Source of the DNA: Candidatus Latescibacterota bacterium
Lineage (GTDB): Bacteria > Latescibacterota > CBDEFO01
Assembly: GCA_965237525.1 (NCBI GenBank)
Contig: CBDEFO010000008.1
Location: 1,120,001 to 1,184,000 of the forward strand
Direction of reading: 5' to 3'
Length of the DNA: 64,000 nt
The notes beneath the pieces were generated by a model. It was not told the DNA's origin. It did no database searches and was given only the letters and a program-made list of their open reading frames with translations. Shown here piece by piece: positions 32,053-41,811 of the stretch (position 1 is its first letter; each line of letters opens with the position of its first letter). The position numbers were made by a program, and so were the translations under genes.

Positions 32053-32191
32053 GATGCTGTCAAAGTCTATATCGGTTATACCTACGACCTAGGTGTTGGC
32101 TCCGGTGGCCTCCCACTCAAAAAGCTTTCTTACCTTATCTGCTTCCTTAAGTGTCAAATAAAAAAGATAATTGACAATAGAACTCATTACT

Positions 32192-32422
32192 AACCCGATT
32201 AATTCATAAACTTGGTGGAGTCATTGCGAAGAGCAAAGCGACAAAGCAATCTCAAGGTTATAGTGGTCTCCTATGAGAGCCGGAGAGTATTACATCTACC
32301 ACAGAATCGAGATTGCTTCGCCTTCGGCTCGCAATGAGACCGAAGGTGGTTAAACGGCATAACTATAATATAGTACAATCCCTTAATTAAAACACGGCCT
32401 TTTTTTGTGAATTATTCGGGCT
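32192..32422 (+). mobile_element. MITE-like element, copy 1 (231 bp)
   Basis: Termini ACCCGATTAATTCA...TGAATTATTCGGGCT; internal inverted REP pair; homologous to 44237-44489 and 57357-57610. Confidence 0.85.
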
Positions 32423-32441
32423 AAAAGATCAAGCGTCGTAT

Positions 32442-32470
32442 AAAATAACGATAATAAGGCTCCATGTCAA
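32442..32470 (-). promoter_or_regulatory. Candidate sigma70 promoter
   Basis: TTGACA-17-TATTTT on the minus strand, pointing toward the MITE and methyltransferase. Confidence 0.45.
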
Positions 32471-32591
32471 AGGAATTTTTGAGGTTGTTTTGAAATAATC
32501 AAGAGCAGCAGCAATATTTGCCGCACAACACAAAAGAGGTGTAAGGGTTGCTTATGGACATAGGCAACTCGACACCTCTCTATTTTGGGAA

Positions 32592-34322
32592 CTATATCGA
32601 ATCAGCGGTGATAGATTCCTTTATCGCCTCGGATGTTGAAAGTTCAAGGGCCTTTTGAGCTACCTTTTCACACTCTTTTATGCTGACTGATCGCACCACT
32701 TCTTTGACGGGACATATAGAAGCTGAGTTCATACTAAAAGACCTGTACCCCATCCCCAAGAGGAGCTTTGTGTAAGAGGGATCACCGGCTATCTCTCCAC
32801 AGATGTTTATGGTCCTTCTAGAGGAGGAAGCGGTTTTTAGGATACCTTCCAGAACTCTTAAGACAGCAGGATTTAAGGGTTCGTAGAATTGGGCTATCTG
32901 CTCGTCGTTTCTGTCCACCGCCAGGATATACTGCACAAGGTCGTTTGTGCCTATGCTCAAAAAGTCCATCTCTTCCAGAAGGAGATCGGCGATCAGGGCC
33001 GCTGAGGGCACCTCTATCATAATCCCCTGCTCTAAATGGCCATCGTAGTCAAATCCTTCTTCCGCTAGCTCATCCATAGCGTTTTCTAACGCTGTCTTAG
33101 CCCTGCGCGCTTCTTCTATGCTTGAGATCATAGGATAGAGTATCTTTATCTTTCCATGCGCGCTCGCCCTTAGGATCGCCCTCATCTGGGTCTTGAGTAT
33201 ATCCGGATACTTAACAAGTAGCCTGCATCCTCTCCACCCCAACTGAGGATTCATCTGACGAGGAAGAGGAAAATAGGACGGAGATTTATCACCACCTATG
33301 TCCAATATCCTTATCGCGACTTTCTTGTCTCCAAAAGCCTCTGCAGCCATTCTATACCGTTCGTATTGAACGTCCTCGGAGGGAAAGTCTCTTCTTGACA
33401 TAAACATGAATTCTGTGCGATAAAGGCCGATGCCGTCGGGATTGTAACATAGAGATCTTTCGATTTCAAACCATCTCCCCACGTTTGCCAGAAGCTCTAT
33501 TTTCTGCCCATCCAAAGTTACAGACGGAAGATCGATTAACCCACTTAGCCGTTCTTTTGCGGATAAGGCTTCCCTCTTAATCTTTGCGTATTTCTGTGAT
33601 GTCTCTTTTTCTGGGTTGACGACTAAAGTCCCTGAATCTCCGTCTATAAGTATTATGTCCTGAGGCTTGAGATTCTGAATGATATTCGCTTCGATTCCCG
33701 TCACAGCGGGGACGCCTAAAGAACGCGCTAATATCGCAGCGTGTGAGGTCACTCCCCCTGTTTGGCCTATAAAGCCCGATATCTTATCTAATTCCAGATG
33801 GACAGTAAGGCCGGGGGACAGGCCTTTTGCGGCTACTACGACCTTGTGCTCTACACTCCATGTAGCTTCGTCTTCCCCAGGGAGGAGTTTACTCAATATG
33901 CGGCGTCCGATCTCACTTATATCCGCCGATTTTTCCCTTATGTACTCGTCTTCCATTGAGGAGAAGTTAGAACTGAACTTTTCGATGATATCTGACAGGA
34001 CCGCCTCTGTGTTCATCCTATCTTTTAGAATCTTGCCCTCCACTTCGGCTAAAAAGACCTTGTCCTCAAGGATCATCAGGTGAGCCTCGAATATCTTTGC
34101 CTCCTCTTTGCCAACCTGGCAGGCTACCTTGTCTATCAGACCTCTCACATCGCCTTTAGCCCGGTTCACCGCCTCCTGGAACCTGTTTATCTCCCTTTCT
34201 GCATCCGATATACTTATCGCGTATCTCGGCACATCCTTGCGGCCGTTCTCCTCAAAGACAACCACTGTCCCCTGAACGATTCCGGGCGAGATAGGATTGC
34301 CCTTGTATACCCTTTCTTTCAT
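32592..34322 (-). CDS. ptsI: PTS enzyme I (phosphoenolpyruvate-protein phosphotransferase)
   Basis: GGVTSHAAILARSLG (phospho-His), GIGLYRTEF, DIGGDK, SIGTNDLVQY, ICGE. Confidence 0.95.
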   Translation of the reverse strand: MKERVYKGNPISPGIVQGTVVVFEENGRKDVPRYAISISDAEREINRFQEAVNRAKGDVRGLIDKVACQVGKEEAKIFEAHLMILEDKVFLAEVEGKILKDRMNTEAVLSDIIEKFSSNFSSMEDEYIREKSADISEIGRRILSKLLPGEDEATWSVEHKVVVAAKGLSPGLTVHLELDKISGFIGQTGGVTSHAAILARSLGVPAVTGIEANIIQNLKPQDIILIDGDSGTLVVNPEKETSQKYAKIKREALSAKERLSGLIDLPSVTLDGQKIELLANVGRWFEIERSLCYNPDGIGLYRTEFMFMSRRDFPSEDVQYERYRMAAEAFGDKKVAIRILDIGGDKSPSYFPLPRQMNPQLGWRGCRLLVKYPDILKTQMRAILRASAHGKIKILYPMISSIEEARRAKTALENAMDELAEEGFDYDGHLEQGIMIEVPSAALIADLLLEEMDFLSIGTNDLVQYILAVDRNDEQIAQFYEPLNPAVLRVLEGILKTASSSRRTINICGEIAGDPSYTKLLLGMGYRSFSMNSASICPVKEVVRSVSIKECEKVAQKALELSTSEAIKESITADSI

Positions 34323-34329
34323 CTTCTCT

Positions 34330-35100
34330 TTAGTTATCCATATTTTGTTTGTTAGAGAGCGTAAGTATCTCTGGCCCTTGGCCCGTTACAGCGACGGTAT
34401 GTTCAAAGTGAGCTGAAGGTTTCCTGTCCAGTGTGAAGGCAGTCCAGCCGTCCTTCTGATCTATAGCCACTTCATCAGTGCCCAGGTTCACCATCGGCTC
34501 AATAGCCAAGACCATCCCTTCTTTTAACCTCAAGCCCCTTCCTGGTTCTCCGAAGTTGGGTACCTGCGGATCCTCGTGAAGGTTTTGTCCTATTCCGTGG
34601 CCCACGAAGTTCCGGACTACAGAAAAGCCTCCCTTTTCCACATGAGTTTGAACAGCGTGGGAAATATCCGAGACCCTTTTACCCTCAATCGTCTTTTCTA
34701 TGCCCTTGTAAAGAGCCTCCCTGGTCACCTCCAAGAGCTTCGACACGTGAGGTTCAACCGCTCCTACAGGAAAAGTGCACGCCCCATCGGAATAGTAGCC
34801 CGAGAGCCTTACTCCTACATCTATACTAACAATGTCGCCGGAGCAGAGTTCCCGATTCCCGGGGATGCCGTGAATTACCTCTTCGTTGATAGATGTACAT
34901 ATAGAAGCGGGAAAGCCACGATAGCCTTTAAATGCGGGTTCGGCTACGTTCGACCTTATAATTTCCTCAGCGATTCTGTCCAGTTCCTCTGTAGTTATCT
35001 CTGGCTTTATGGCCTTCTGCAGCTCTTTCTGGACTAAAGCTACTATCCTCCCACCTGCCCTTATGAGATCTATCTCTCTCCTTGATTTTAAGATTACCAA
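34330..35100 (-). CDS. map: Methionine aminopeptidase type I
   Basis: FPASICTSINEEVIHGIP, GHGIG..LHEDP, AIEPM, SAHFEHT. Confidence 0.96.
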   Translation of the reverse strand: MVILKSRREIDLIRAGGRIVALVQKELQKAIKPEITTEELDRIAEEIIRSNVAEPAFKGYRGFPASICTSINEEVIHGIPGNRELCSGDIVSIDVGVRLSGYYSDGACTFPVGAVEPHVSKLLEVTREALYKGIEKTIEGKRVSDISHAVQTHVEKGGFSVVRNFVGHGIGQNLHEDPQVPNFGEPGRGLRLKEGMVLAIEPMVNLGTDEVAIDQKDGWTAFTLDRKPSAHFEHTVAVTGQGPEILTLSNKQNMDN

Positions 35101-35320
35101 CTGTGTCTCCTCAAAAGGAATAGACAGGACACCGCCTGCTCAGTCCTGCCAGGCAGACACAAGTGGATACATGTAGGGGCGATCGCCATAGGCGCCCTGT
35201 TGGGAGGAAGACGCGGAGGCAGCAAATCACAAGTTATCCTTACCCCAAGGGTTGGGTCACCCAGCCCCTAGATTCAAGGGGGTGGGAAAGGTAGCCCTGT
35301 TTGCTGTCTACTGTTTAGGG

Positions 35321-35731
35321 TCAACCGTTGTAGGAATGCTCCGCCAGAGATCTTGCTGTGGTTGCCATAGACTCCTCTCTGCGCGCTGTTGGGAACTGGC
35401 GGCTGTCAACAGATGTCCTGCTCCCCTGTATCTTATATCTTCCCACAAAGCTTTCTTCGGGGAGATCTGCATCTTCAGGATAGACCATAGCGATAGTTTC
35501 CCAGGGACACTCCCTTGCACATATAGTACATCCTGTGCATCTTTCTTCATCGACCACGCATATACTATGTACTATGGAAAACTCTTCGCCTGGGAGCTTC
35601 AAAATACAATCTACAGGACAAAAATCCATGCATACTTCACAGCCCGTGCAACCATCAACGTCCACTATGGCTTTAGGTCTTGGCTTTTTAGGCCTTCTCT
35701 GTCTTAGGGGTTTTTCCTCTGCTTCAGCCAC
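35321..35731 (-). CDS. 2x[4Fe-4S] ferredoxin
   Basis: CTGCEVCMDFCP and CTGCTICARECP; follows the oxoacid oxidoreductase beta gene. Confidence 0.85.
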   Translation of the reverse strand: MAEAEEKPLRQRRPKKPRPKAIVDVDGCTGCEVCMDFCPVDCILKLPGEEFSIVHSICVVDEERCTGCTICARECPWETIAMVYPEDADLPEESFVGRYKIQGSRTSVDSRQFPTARREESMATTARSLAEHSYNG

Positions 35732-35762
35732 TAATTATCTTCCCGGTTTTCAAGTTCATATT

Positions 35763-36692
35763 CTACCTATATCTCTTGAATATGTCCACAAGTTGAGTCT
35801 TGTGGTCAGCGTCAGCTTTGTCTTCTATGGATTTGGCTCTGTCGGTAAAGGTGGGTTGTTGATTTTTATAGAACACACCGGTGTATATCGTCTCATCATC
35901 CATGGCAAGTTCCATGGCCTTCAGTCTGTCCGTGTTGTCGTAATTCTCGGGGATTTGTTCTATTTTGGGTTCCACAGACTTGAACGTCATGATCTTGTTG
36001 AAGGTTGGACATGGCGACAGCGTATGGATAATTGCAAATCCTTTATGCTTTGCTCCTTCTACTATGAGTTGCTTCAACTGTTTGGGATCGCCGGCAAATC
36101 CCCTTGCTACGAAGCTGACACCGTAGGATAAGAACATTGCTATAGGATTTAGCGGTGGTTCCACCGAACCATATGGTGTGGTGGGCGTAACCTGCGAAAG
36201 GATGCTTGTAGGAGATACCTGTCCTTTGGTCAAACCGTATGTCTCGTTGTCCAGAATGATATAGGCTAAATCGGGATTTCGCCTGGCTATATGGGGGATA
36301 TGCCCTCCGCCTATGCCCAATCCATCGCCGTCTCCGCCGATCACAAAGACCTCCAATTGGGGGTTGGCAGCCTTCATTCCGAACGCTACGGGGAGTGCCC
36401 GTCCGTGGACACCATGAAAAGCGTAGCACTTCACAAAGTGATTAAACCTACCTGCGCATCCTATTCCGCTGGAAATGACCAGATTCTTGGAGTCCACCTC
36501 TAGTTCCACCAAGGCCTGATAGAAACTGCTCAACACCCCGAAATCCCCGCATCCGGGGCACCAGATCGGTTTAACGTCGCTCTTAAACTTCTTGGCCCTC
36601 CTCTTTGCATCGGTTTTCGGATTGGTGTCGGCAGTGGACGTCTTCTTATCACTTACAGCCGGTCTACTTTCTACAGCAGCAGGTATGGGCAT
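35763..36692 (-). CDS. 2-oxoacid:ferredoxin oxidoreductase beta subunit
   Basis: WCPGCGDF, SGIGC, HGRALP, GGDGD, DNETYGLTKGQ, SPCPTF. Confidence 0.95.
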   Translation of the reverse strand: MPIPAAVESRPAVSDKKTSTADTNPKTDAKRRAKKFKSDVKPIWCPGCGDFGVLSSFYQALVELEVDSKNLVISSGIGCAGRFNHFVKCYAFHGVHGRALPVAFGMKAANPQLEVFVIGGDGDGLGIGGGHIPHIARRNPDLAYIILDNETYGLTKGQVSPTSILSQVTPTTPYGSVEPPLNPIAMFLSYGVSFVARGFAGDPKQLKQLIVEGAKHKGFAIIHTLSPCPTFNKIMTFKSVEPKIEQIPENYDNTDRLKAMELAMDDETIYTGVFYKNQQPTFTDRAKSIEDKADADHKTQLVDIFKRYR

Positions 36693-38429
36693 TTAGGCTA
36701 CCTCCATAATCTTCTCATATACCTCTTCCGGGGAGAAAGGTATTCCCTGAGATTTATGCATTTCTATGGGTTTGATGCCGAACTGTCCTTTCACGATATG
36801 TGCGAACTGTCCGGTGAAGTTCTCCTCTGGGATGATTATCTTATCTACGGAACTTACGAACCGGGACATTCTTGACTCACAAAGAGGTGCAAGTACCCTT
36901 GGATGATAGTGGGCGACCTTGACACCCTCTTTCCCCGCCTCGTATATGGCCTCCTTGATCGCGCCTTCCGTCGAACCCCAGCCGATTATCCCGATCTTTG
37001 CCCCCTCGGGAAACGAGATCTCACCTTGGGAATTATGGCTTAAGTCTGCTTCCACAGCCTCTAACTTCTTGAAGCGCTTGGCCATCATCTGTTCATGGTT
37101 TAAGGGCGTGTAATTCGGAGCCCCCTCCTCGTCGTGCTCCAGCCCTGTGGCTATGTGGTATCCGTCCACATCCCCGGGAATCGCGATAGGCGATACTCCG
37201 CTTTGGGTCATCAGATACCTGAAGTATCCATTTTCCGTGTCTTTCGTGTCGAATCTAATCCGATTTACGATCTTTAAAGATGAGGGATCGGGTTCTCTTA
37301 TATTCTGTGTGCTGTACGCCATGGACTGATCAGAAAGGACTATCACGGGCATCTGATAGGTCTCAGCTAAGTTGAACGCCCTCACAGTCTGATAGAAGCA
37401 GTCCTCTAAAGAGGTTGGGGCTATGACTATCCTGGGAGATTCTCCGGATGTGCCGTACATTGCGAACCTTAAATCCGACTGCTCATTTTTGGTCGGCATC
37501 CCGGTGCTGGGACCTGCTCTCTGAACGTCTACAACTACCACGGGGAGCTCGACCATCGAAGCCAAATTGATCAGCTCGCTCATAAGCGAAAGCCCAGGGC
37601 CCGATGTCGGTGTCATGGCTTTAGCTCCTGCAAAAGACGCCCCAATACAGGACGCAAGAGCAGATATTTCATCCTCTGCCTGAACAGCGGTTCCGCCGAA
37701 TTTCGGAAGTTCCAGGGTAAGAAACTGCAAGACCGGCGTAGCCGGCGTTATGGGGTATCCAGCGCAGTATCTGCATCCTGCGGCTATAGCTCCTAAGGCT
37801 ATGGCCTCACCGCCTGATATGATTATCTCGTTGTAATTTGGCTTTTCTCTGCCGTGGAAGGAGTACTTGATGGGAATATTCTGCTTGGCATAGTCTATTC
37901 CCATCTGAAAGGCTCCAAGATAAGTCTCAAGTGTAGTGGCTCCGTACTTTTTGAATTTATTCTCTACGCCAGTCTTGACTATTTCCTTTGGAAGGGAGTA
38001 TATCTCTGCCAGCGCCCCTATTGCAACGATGTTCTTGCTTCTGGGATTTTTTATCTCTTTTTTTGCGATTTGATCGATCGGAAGCTGAATGCACTTATGC
38101 CGGCATCCTTCAGGCGGGGTGCACTGAGCAGGATCGTACAAAAGAACACCTGTGTCTCTCAGATCCTTATAGTACGTGTCGTAGGCTTCCTGGTCGAACG
38201 CCAGGAGTACATCCACAGCATTTCCTTTTGAGAGGATATCCCTCGATCCGAGCCTGAGCTGGAACATGGCCAAGCCTCCCTTTATCTCGGCTGGATAAGT
38301 CCTAAACGTAAAAACGTTTAAAGCGGCCCTGGCGGCCGCCTGAGTTATAACCTCTCCAGTTGCACCCCCACCTTCTCCTCCCTCACCTCCTATTCTAAGT
38401 ATGGAGTCCTCTATTTCTATCGTTTGCAT
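36693..38429 (-). CDS. 2-oxoacid:ferredoxin oxidoreductase alpha subunit (gamma-fused)
   Basis: GGEGGEG, YPAEIKGG, GYPITPAT, QAEDEI, TSGPGLSL, QRAGPSTGMPTK. Confidence 0.95.
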   Translation of the reverse strand: MQTIEIEDSILRIGGEGGEGGGATGEVITQAAARAALNVFTFRTYPAEIKGGLAMFQLRLGSRDILSKGNAVDVLLAFDQEAYDTYYKDLRDTGVLLYDPAQCTPPEGCRHKCIQLPIDQIAKKEIKNPRSKNIVAIGALAEIYSLPKEIVKTGVENKFKKYGATTLETYLGAFQMGIDYAKQNIPIKYSFHGREKPNYNEIIISGGEAIALGAIAAGCRYCAGYPITPATPVLQFLTLELPKFGGTAVQAEDEISALASCIGASFAGAKAMTPTSGPGLSLMSELINLASMVELPVVVVDVQRAGPSTGMPTKNEQSDLRFAMYGTSGESPRIVIAPTSLEDCFYQTVRAFNLAETYQMPVIVLSDQSMAYSTQNIREPDPSSLKIVNRIRFDTKDTENGYFRYLMTQSGVSPIAIPGDVDGYHIATGLEHDEEGAPNYTPLNHEQMMAKRFKKLEAVEADLSHNSQGEISFPEGAKIGIIGWGSTEGAIKEAIYEAGKEGVKVAHYHPRVLAPLCESRMSRFVSSVDKIIIPEENFTGQFAHIVKGQFGIKPIEMHKSQGIPFSPEEVYEKIMEVA

Positions 38430-38537
38430 TTGGTAGACACCTTATTTTTTGAGCAGACAGCATCCCCCAATTGAGTCTATCGCGGATCGGGGATAGACGG
38501 GGCCACGTATCCCAACTCTCTTTGCTGTCTACCATTT

Positions 38538-39656
38538 TTAATTTCCCCTTATTTTCTGCATAAGTCTTCCGCCCCATCCGCCGCTACTGCCCTCTGGAGG
38601 TTCACCCATTCCAATAACGCTTATTCTTGCCGCAAGAGCTCCAGCTATCTTTCTGAAAGCCTCAGTCTGGGGCGAGGCAGGATGCAGCTTCACTACCGGC
38701 GTTCCGATGTCTGATCCTATCCTTATTTCAGGGTCCAATGGGACCTCCCCCAAGAACGGTACATCGAACTTTTCACCAGCTACTTTCCCTCCGCCGTGGT
38801 CGAATATTTCGGTCCTTTCGCCGCAGTGGGGACAGGCAAAGTAGCTCATGTTTTCGATAATGCCCAAAATAGGGATGTTGACCTTCTGGAACATTAAGAT
38901 TCCTCTCCTGACATCCTCTAAGGCCACATCCTGGGGGGTTGTGACGATCACCGCTCCTGTTAAGGGGGCCGATTGAGAGATCGTAAGTTGAATATCGCCG
39001 GTACCAGGAGGCAGGTCCATAATCAGATAGTCCAGATCTCCCCAGTCCACCCTGCTCATAAACTCCTGGGTCACCCTGCTTACGATGGGTCCGCGCCATA
39101 TCATAGGGGTATTCTGGTCTGCCAAAAAACCCATGGATATCAGCTTCACTCGGTGGTTGACACGCGGCTTCATTTTGTTATCCATTGTGGTCTCCGGGCT
39201 CCCGCTTGCCCCCATCATAATCGGGACATTGGGACCGTAGATGTCTGCGTCCATGATGCCGACAGCCGCGCCTGCCTCGGCTAGGGCTACCGCTAAATTG
39301 ACGCTTATAGTCGTCTTTCCCACCCCTCCTTTTCCACTGGCTACAGCGATCACGTTTTTGACCCCGGGCATAATACTGCTCCTGTTGGGATCAACAACGC
39401 TGCGAGGCACGTTTAAGCTGAAAACTATCTCAACGTCTTTGACTCCCTTTATCTTTACAACGGTTTGCCTGGCAAAGTCCTCTATCTCCTTCTTGAAAGG
39501 ACTATCTGGAGTGGTGAGTACGACCTCAAAGCTGACTTTCTGACCGTCTATAGCTATGTGCTTCACCATCCCCAAGCTCACAATATCCTTGCGGAGCTGC
39601 GGCTCTATGACATCCCCAAGCGCATCAAGGATCTGCTCTTCAGTCACCACCGCCAT
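38538..39656 (-). CDS. Mrp/NBP35 Fe-S carrier ATPase (ApbC)
   Basis: SGKGGVGKTT, DADIYGP, DLPPGTGD, IENMSYFACPHC. Start moved to MAVVTEEQ (AAGGAG RBS). Confidence 0.93.
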   Translation of the reverse strand: MAVVTEEQILDALGDVIEPQLRKDIVSLGMVKHIAIDGQKVSFEVVLTTPDSPFKKEIEDFARQTVVKIKGVKDVEIVFSLNVPRSVVDPNRSSIMPGVKNVIAVASGKGGVGKTTISVNLAVALAEAGAAVGIMDADIYGPNVPIMMGASGSPETTMDNKMKPRVNHRVKLISMGFLADQNTPMIWRGPIVSRVTQEFMSRVDWGDLDYLIMDLPPGTGDIQLTISQSAPLTGAVIVTTPQDVALEDVRRGILMFQKVNIPILGIIENMSYFACPHCGERTEIFDHGGGKVAGEKFDVPFLGEVPLDPEIRIGSDIGTPVVKLHPASPQTEAFRKIAGALAARISVIGMGEPPEGSSGGWGGRLMQKIRGN

Positions 39657-40542
39657 CTGACCTTGCTCCTTCAAAAGAATAATCCTCCAGCACATCATGA
39701 CATTTGTGCTTCAGCTTCTCGATAGCTCTGTTTCTGATCTGACGCGCCCTCTCCCTGGTTATACCAAAAGCCGATCCAATCTGCTCCAACGTCATCGGCT
39801 CATCGTAGCCAAGCCCATAGTAAAGACGAACTATCTTAGCCTCCCTCTCATCAAGCTTGGATAGACAATTCTCTATTGCCTGTGAAAAATTATCCTCCTC
39901 AACTTGCCTATCTGTCACAGCATCTTCGTCTGATATTGTGTCCAACAGCGGCTTGTCCTCAAATTCGTCCAGTGCGGAGTTCAAGGATATGTCCGACTGC
40001 AGGCACACCAAAGCTCTATAGACCCTGTTGACACTTATATCTGAACTTTGTGCTATCTCTTCGGCTGATGGACTGCGAGCTAACTTCTGAGTTAAAGGCC
40101 CAACTTTCTTAACCATCCTTTCAAGATCGTCAAAGTGACTCATAGGAAGACGCACTATTTTGGTCTGTTCTGACAATGCCTTTAATATCGCCTGTCTGAT
40201 CCACCAAACCGCATATGTTACAAACTTAAAACCTCTGGTCTCATCAAATCTTCTTGCTGCTTCGATAAGCCCGATGTTGCCTTCGGCTATCAGATCAGAA
40301 AGAGAAAGTCCTCTTCCCAGGTAATCCTTTGCAACAGAGACGACAAATCTCAAGTTGGCCGTAACTAACTTATCCAGGGCTTTCCTATCCCCTGTTTTGA
40401 TCCTTTCGGCTAGTTCGACTTCCTCTTGCCTTTCAAGAGGTTTGTATGTCCTGATGTCCTTCAGATAAAGGTTTACGGATACGTCCTCGTTGAAAGAGAA
40501 TGCCTTATTCTTCATACTATTCTCATCTCCAATTGTGGTCAT
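39640..40542 (-). CDS. RNA polymerase sigma-70 family factor lacking region 1.1 (RpoD/RpoS-like)
   Basis: YLKDI, ANLRFVVSVAK, GFKFVTYAVWWIRQ, TLEQIG...TRERARQI. Confidence 0.93.
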   Translation of the reverse strand: MTTIGDENSMKNKAFSFNEDVSVNLYLKDIRTYKPLERQEEVELAERIKTGDRKALDKLVTANLRFVVSVAKDYLGRGLSLSDLIAEGNIGLIEAARRFDETRGFKFVTYAVWWIRQAILKALSEQTKIVRLPMSHFDDLERMVKKVGPLTQKLARSPSAEEIAQSSDISVNRVYRALVCLQSDISLNSALDEFEDKPLLDTISDEDAVTDRQVEEDNFSQAIENCLSKLDEREAKIVRLYYGLGYDEPMTLEQIGSAFGITRERARQIRNRAIEKLKHKCHDVLEDYSFEGARSDGGGD

Positions 40543-40843
40543 AAGTTTTGCGAGACGTTGTCCGATTTGTCCCCAGAAAGTCCTTCGATATCCCCTTGCG
40601 TCTTGCTCCTCCGGCTACCGGAGGGAACACGCTGACGAGACATCCGTCCTGTAAAGCCGTGTCATGGTCCGAATTCTTGCCGTTGACGAGGGTAAGATGG
40701 GCGAGGTTTTCGGGAATTTTCAACTTGCTGATTAGGTCTTTCAGAACAGCAGAGTCCGAAAGCTCGACTGTAGCCTTCCTCCCATCTGCTTCAGGGGGCA
40801 GATATTTGTCCAAATATGCAAAAAGTTTGACTTCAACTATCAT
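40523..40843 (-). CDS. MoaD/ThiS-family ubiquitin-like protein with a C-terminal extension
   Basis: MIVEVKLFAYL...LVNG...LQDG..VSVFPPVAGG followed by 27 extra residues; start at ATG 40843 (GGAG RBS). Confidence 0.85.
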   Translation of the reverse strand: MIVEVKLFAYLDKYLPPEADGRKATVELSDSAVLKDLISKLKIPENLAHLTLVNGKNSDHDTALQDGCLVSVFPPVAGGARRKGISKDFLGTNRTTSRKTYDHNWR

Positions 40844-41045
40844 CTTCTGAATCTCCACTGTTAGACAGGATAACTCCCGCTCAGACCGGAAACTTAAGTT
40901 ACCCTAGAACAGTAACATTTCAAACTAATGGTGCAAATGTGAATAGCAAATTTGAGATTTCAACGTGTTTCAATAATTACGCAAGAATTCACATTCCACC
41001 ACTATTATAAGACGATTTAGTAACAGAATTGTTCCGTGTCAACTA

Positions 41046-41061
41046 ACGTTTACGTAAACGT
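41046..41061. promoter_or_regulatory. Perfect 16-bp palindrome, candidate transcription-factor operator
   Basis: ACGTTTACGTAAACGT in the leader of the moaD-sigma-mrp-oxoacid oxidoreductase operon. Confidence 0.45.
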
Positions 41062-41175
41062 AGACGGTAAGGACAACAAAGCTCACAATTAGCGTCAAAA
41101 AAAGAGACAACGCCAGATTCTGAGTGCACCCTTGTGTCATCCAAGCCCACCAAACTTCATGAAGCTTTCTAATTA

Positions 41176-41204
41176 ATTATATAAAAGTTCGTCTATCTTG
41201 TCAA
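41176..41204 (-). promoter_or_regulatory. Consensus sigma70 promoter for the moaD/sigma operon
   Basis: TTGACA-17 bp-TATAAT, exact consensus on the minus strand. Confidence 0.75.
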
Positions 41205-41340
41205 GGTCTATTCTGGGATGTCAACGAAACTCCGTTGTGAGATGTCGTGTAGGTCTTTTAAGCAAATGTTCTACCCTTGATCCAGGATACGGCGTTCACA
41301 GTCATCTGCCGTTGTCGGATCTTTTTGGCTCGGATCTTTT

Positions 41341-41356
41341 TGGCACAGTATTTGCT
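41341..41356 (+). promoter_or_regulatory. Sigma54 (-24/-12) promoter
   Basis: TGGCAC-AGTAT-TTGCT exactly matches TGGCAC-N5-TTGCW. Confidence 0.7.
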
Positions 41357-41612
41357 GCTTACGTTATATACATGCATCAGCAAGATATGGATAAAAGAGA
41401 TTGACGAGTACCTCGCTAAATACTATAAATACCTGTCTTTCTGATTATACGTTCTTCCGCGGGCACGATGTTAAAGCAGCCCCTGAGCGCTTGAAAATCG
41501 GGAATTCATTCCTCTTTTTAGGGAAAATACTTCCCCACATCCCAGCAAACAGGATCCACAGGGGATCCTAAGCCTAAACTTCCTTTCTCGTTAAGGAGTG
41601 AAGGCCACGCGC

Positions 41613-41681
41613 GATCCGCTCTTAGTAGGAACCGTGCCGGAAAAAGGTCAATACGGTGACTGAAGGGAGCGGATCTTTTTT
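41613..41681 (+). terminator. Long hairpin + U-tract (intrinsic-terminator-like)
   Basis: GATCCGCTC...ACCGT...ACGGT...GAGCGGATC then TTTTTT. Confidence 0.55.
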
Positions 41682-41728
41682 GTGCTTTCCAGATAGGGTG
41701 CTCTTTTCACGTCTTGTTTTCATTTTTC

Positions 41729-41757
41729 TTGACACCGGCGGTGTTTGCTGTTATGTT
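41729..41757 (+). promoter_or_regulatory. Candidate sigma70 promoter (extended -10)
   Basis: TTGACA-17-TATGTT with TGn before the -10; upstream of the lipoprotein gene. Confidence 0.55.
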
Positions 41758-41811
41758 GGATCGGACGATTTAGAGCATATCGTGCGGCATTTCCACTGTG
41801 GGGGAATCGTC

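Noticed and set aside
41540..41600. c-di-GMP-I or cobalamin riboswitch
   Set aside because: Only fragments (GCAAAC, hairpin, GCCTAAAC) match; core elements are missing.
41656..41811. Long N-terminal extension of the lipoprotein ORF
   Set aside because: It spans a terminator and promoter; the TTG at 41812 gives a proper lipoprotein signal.
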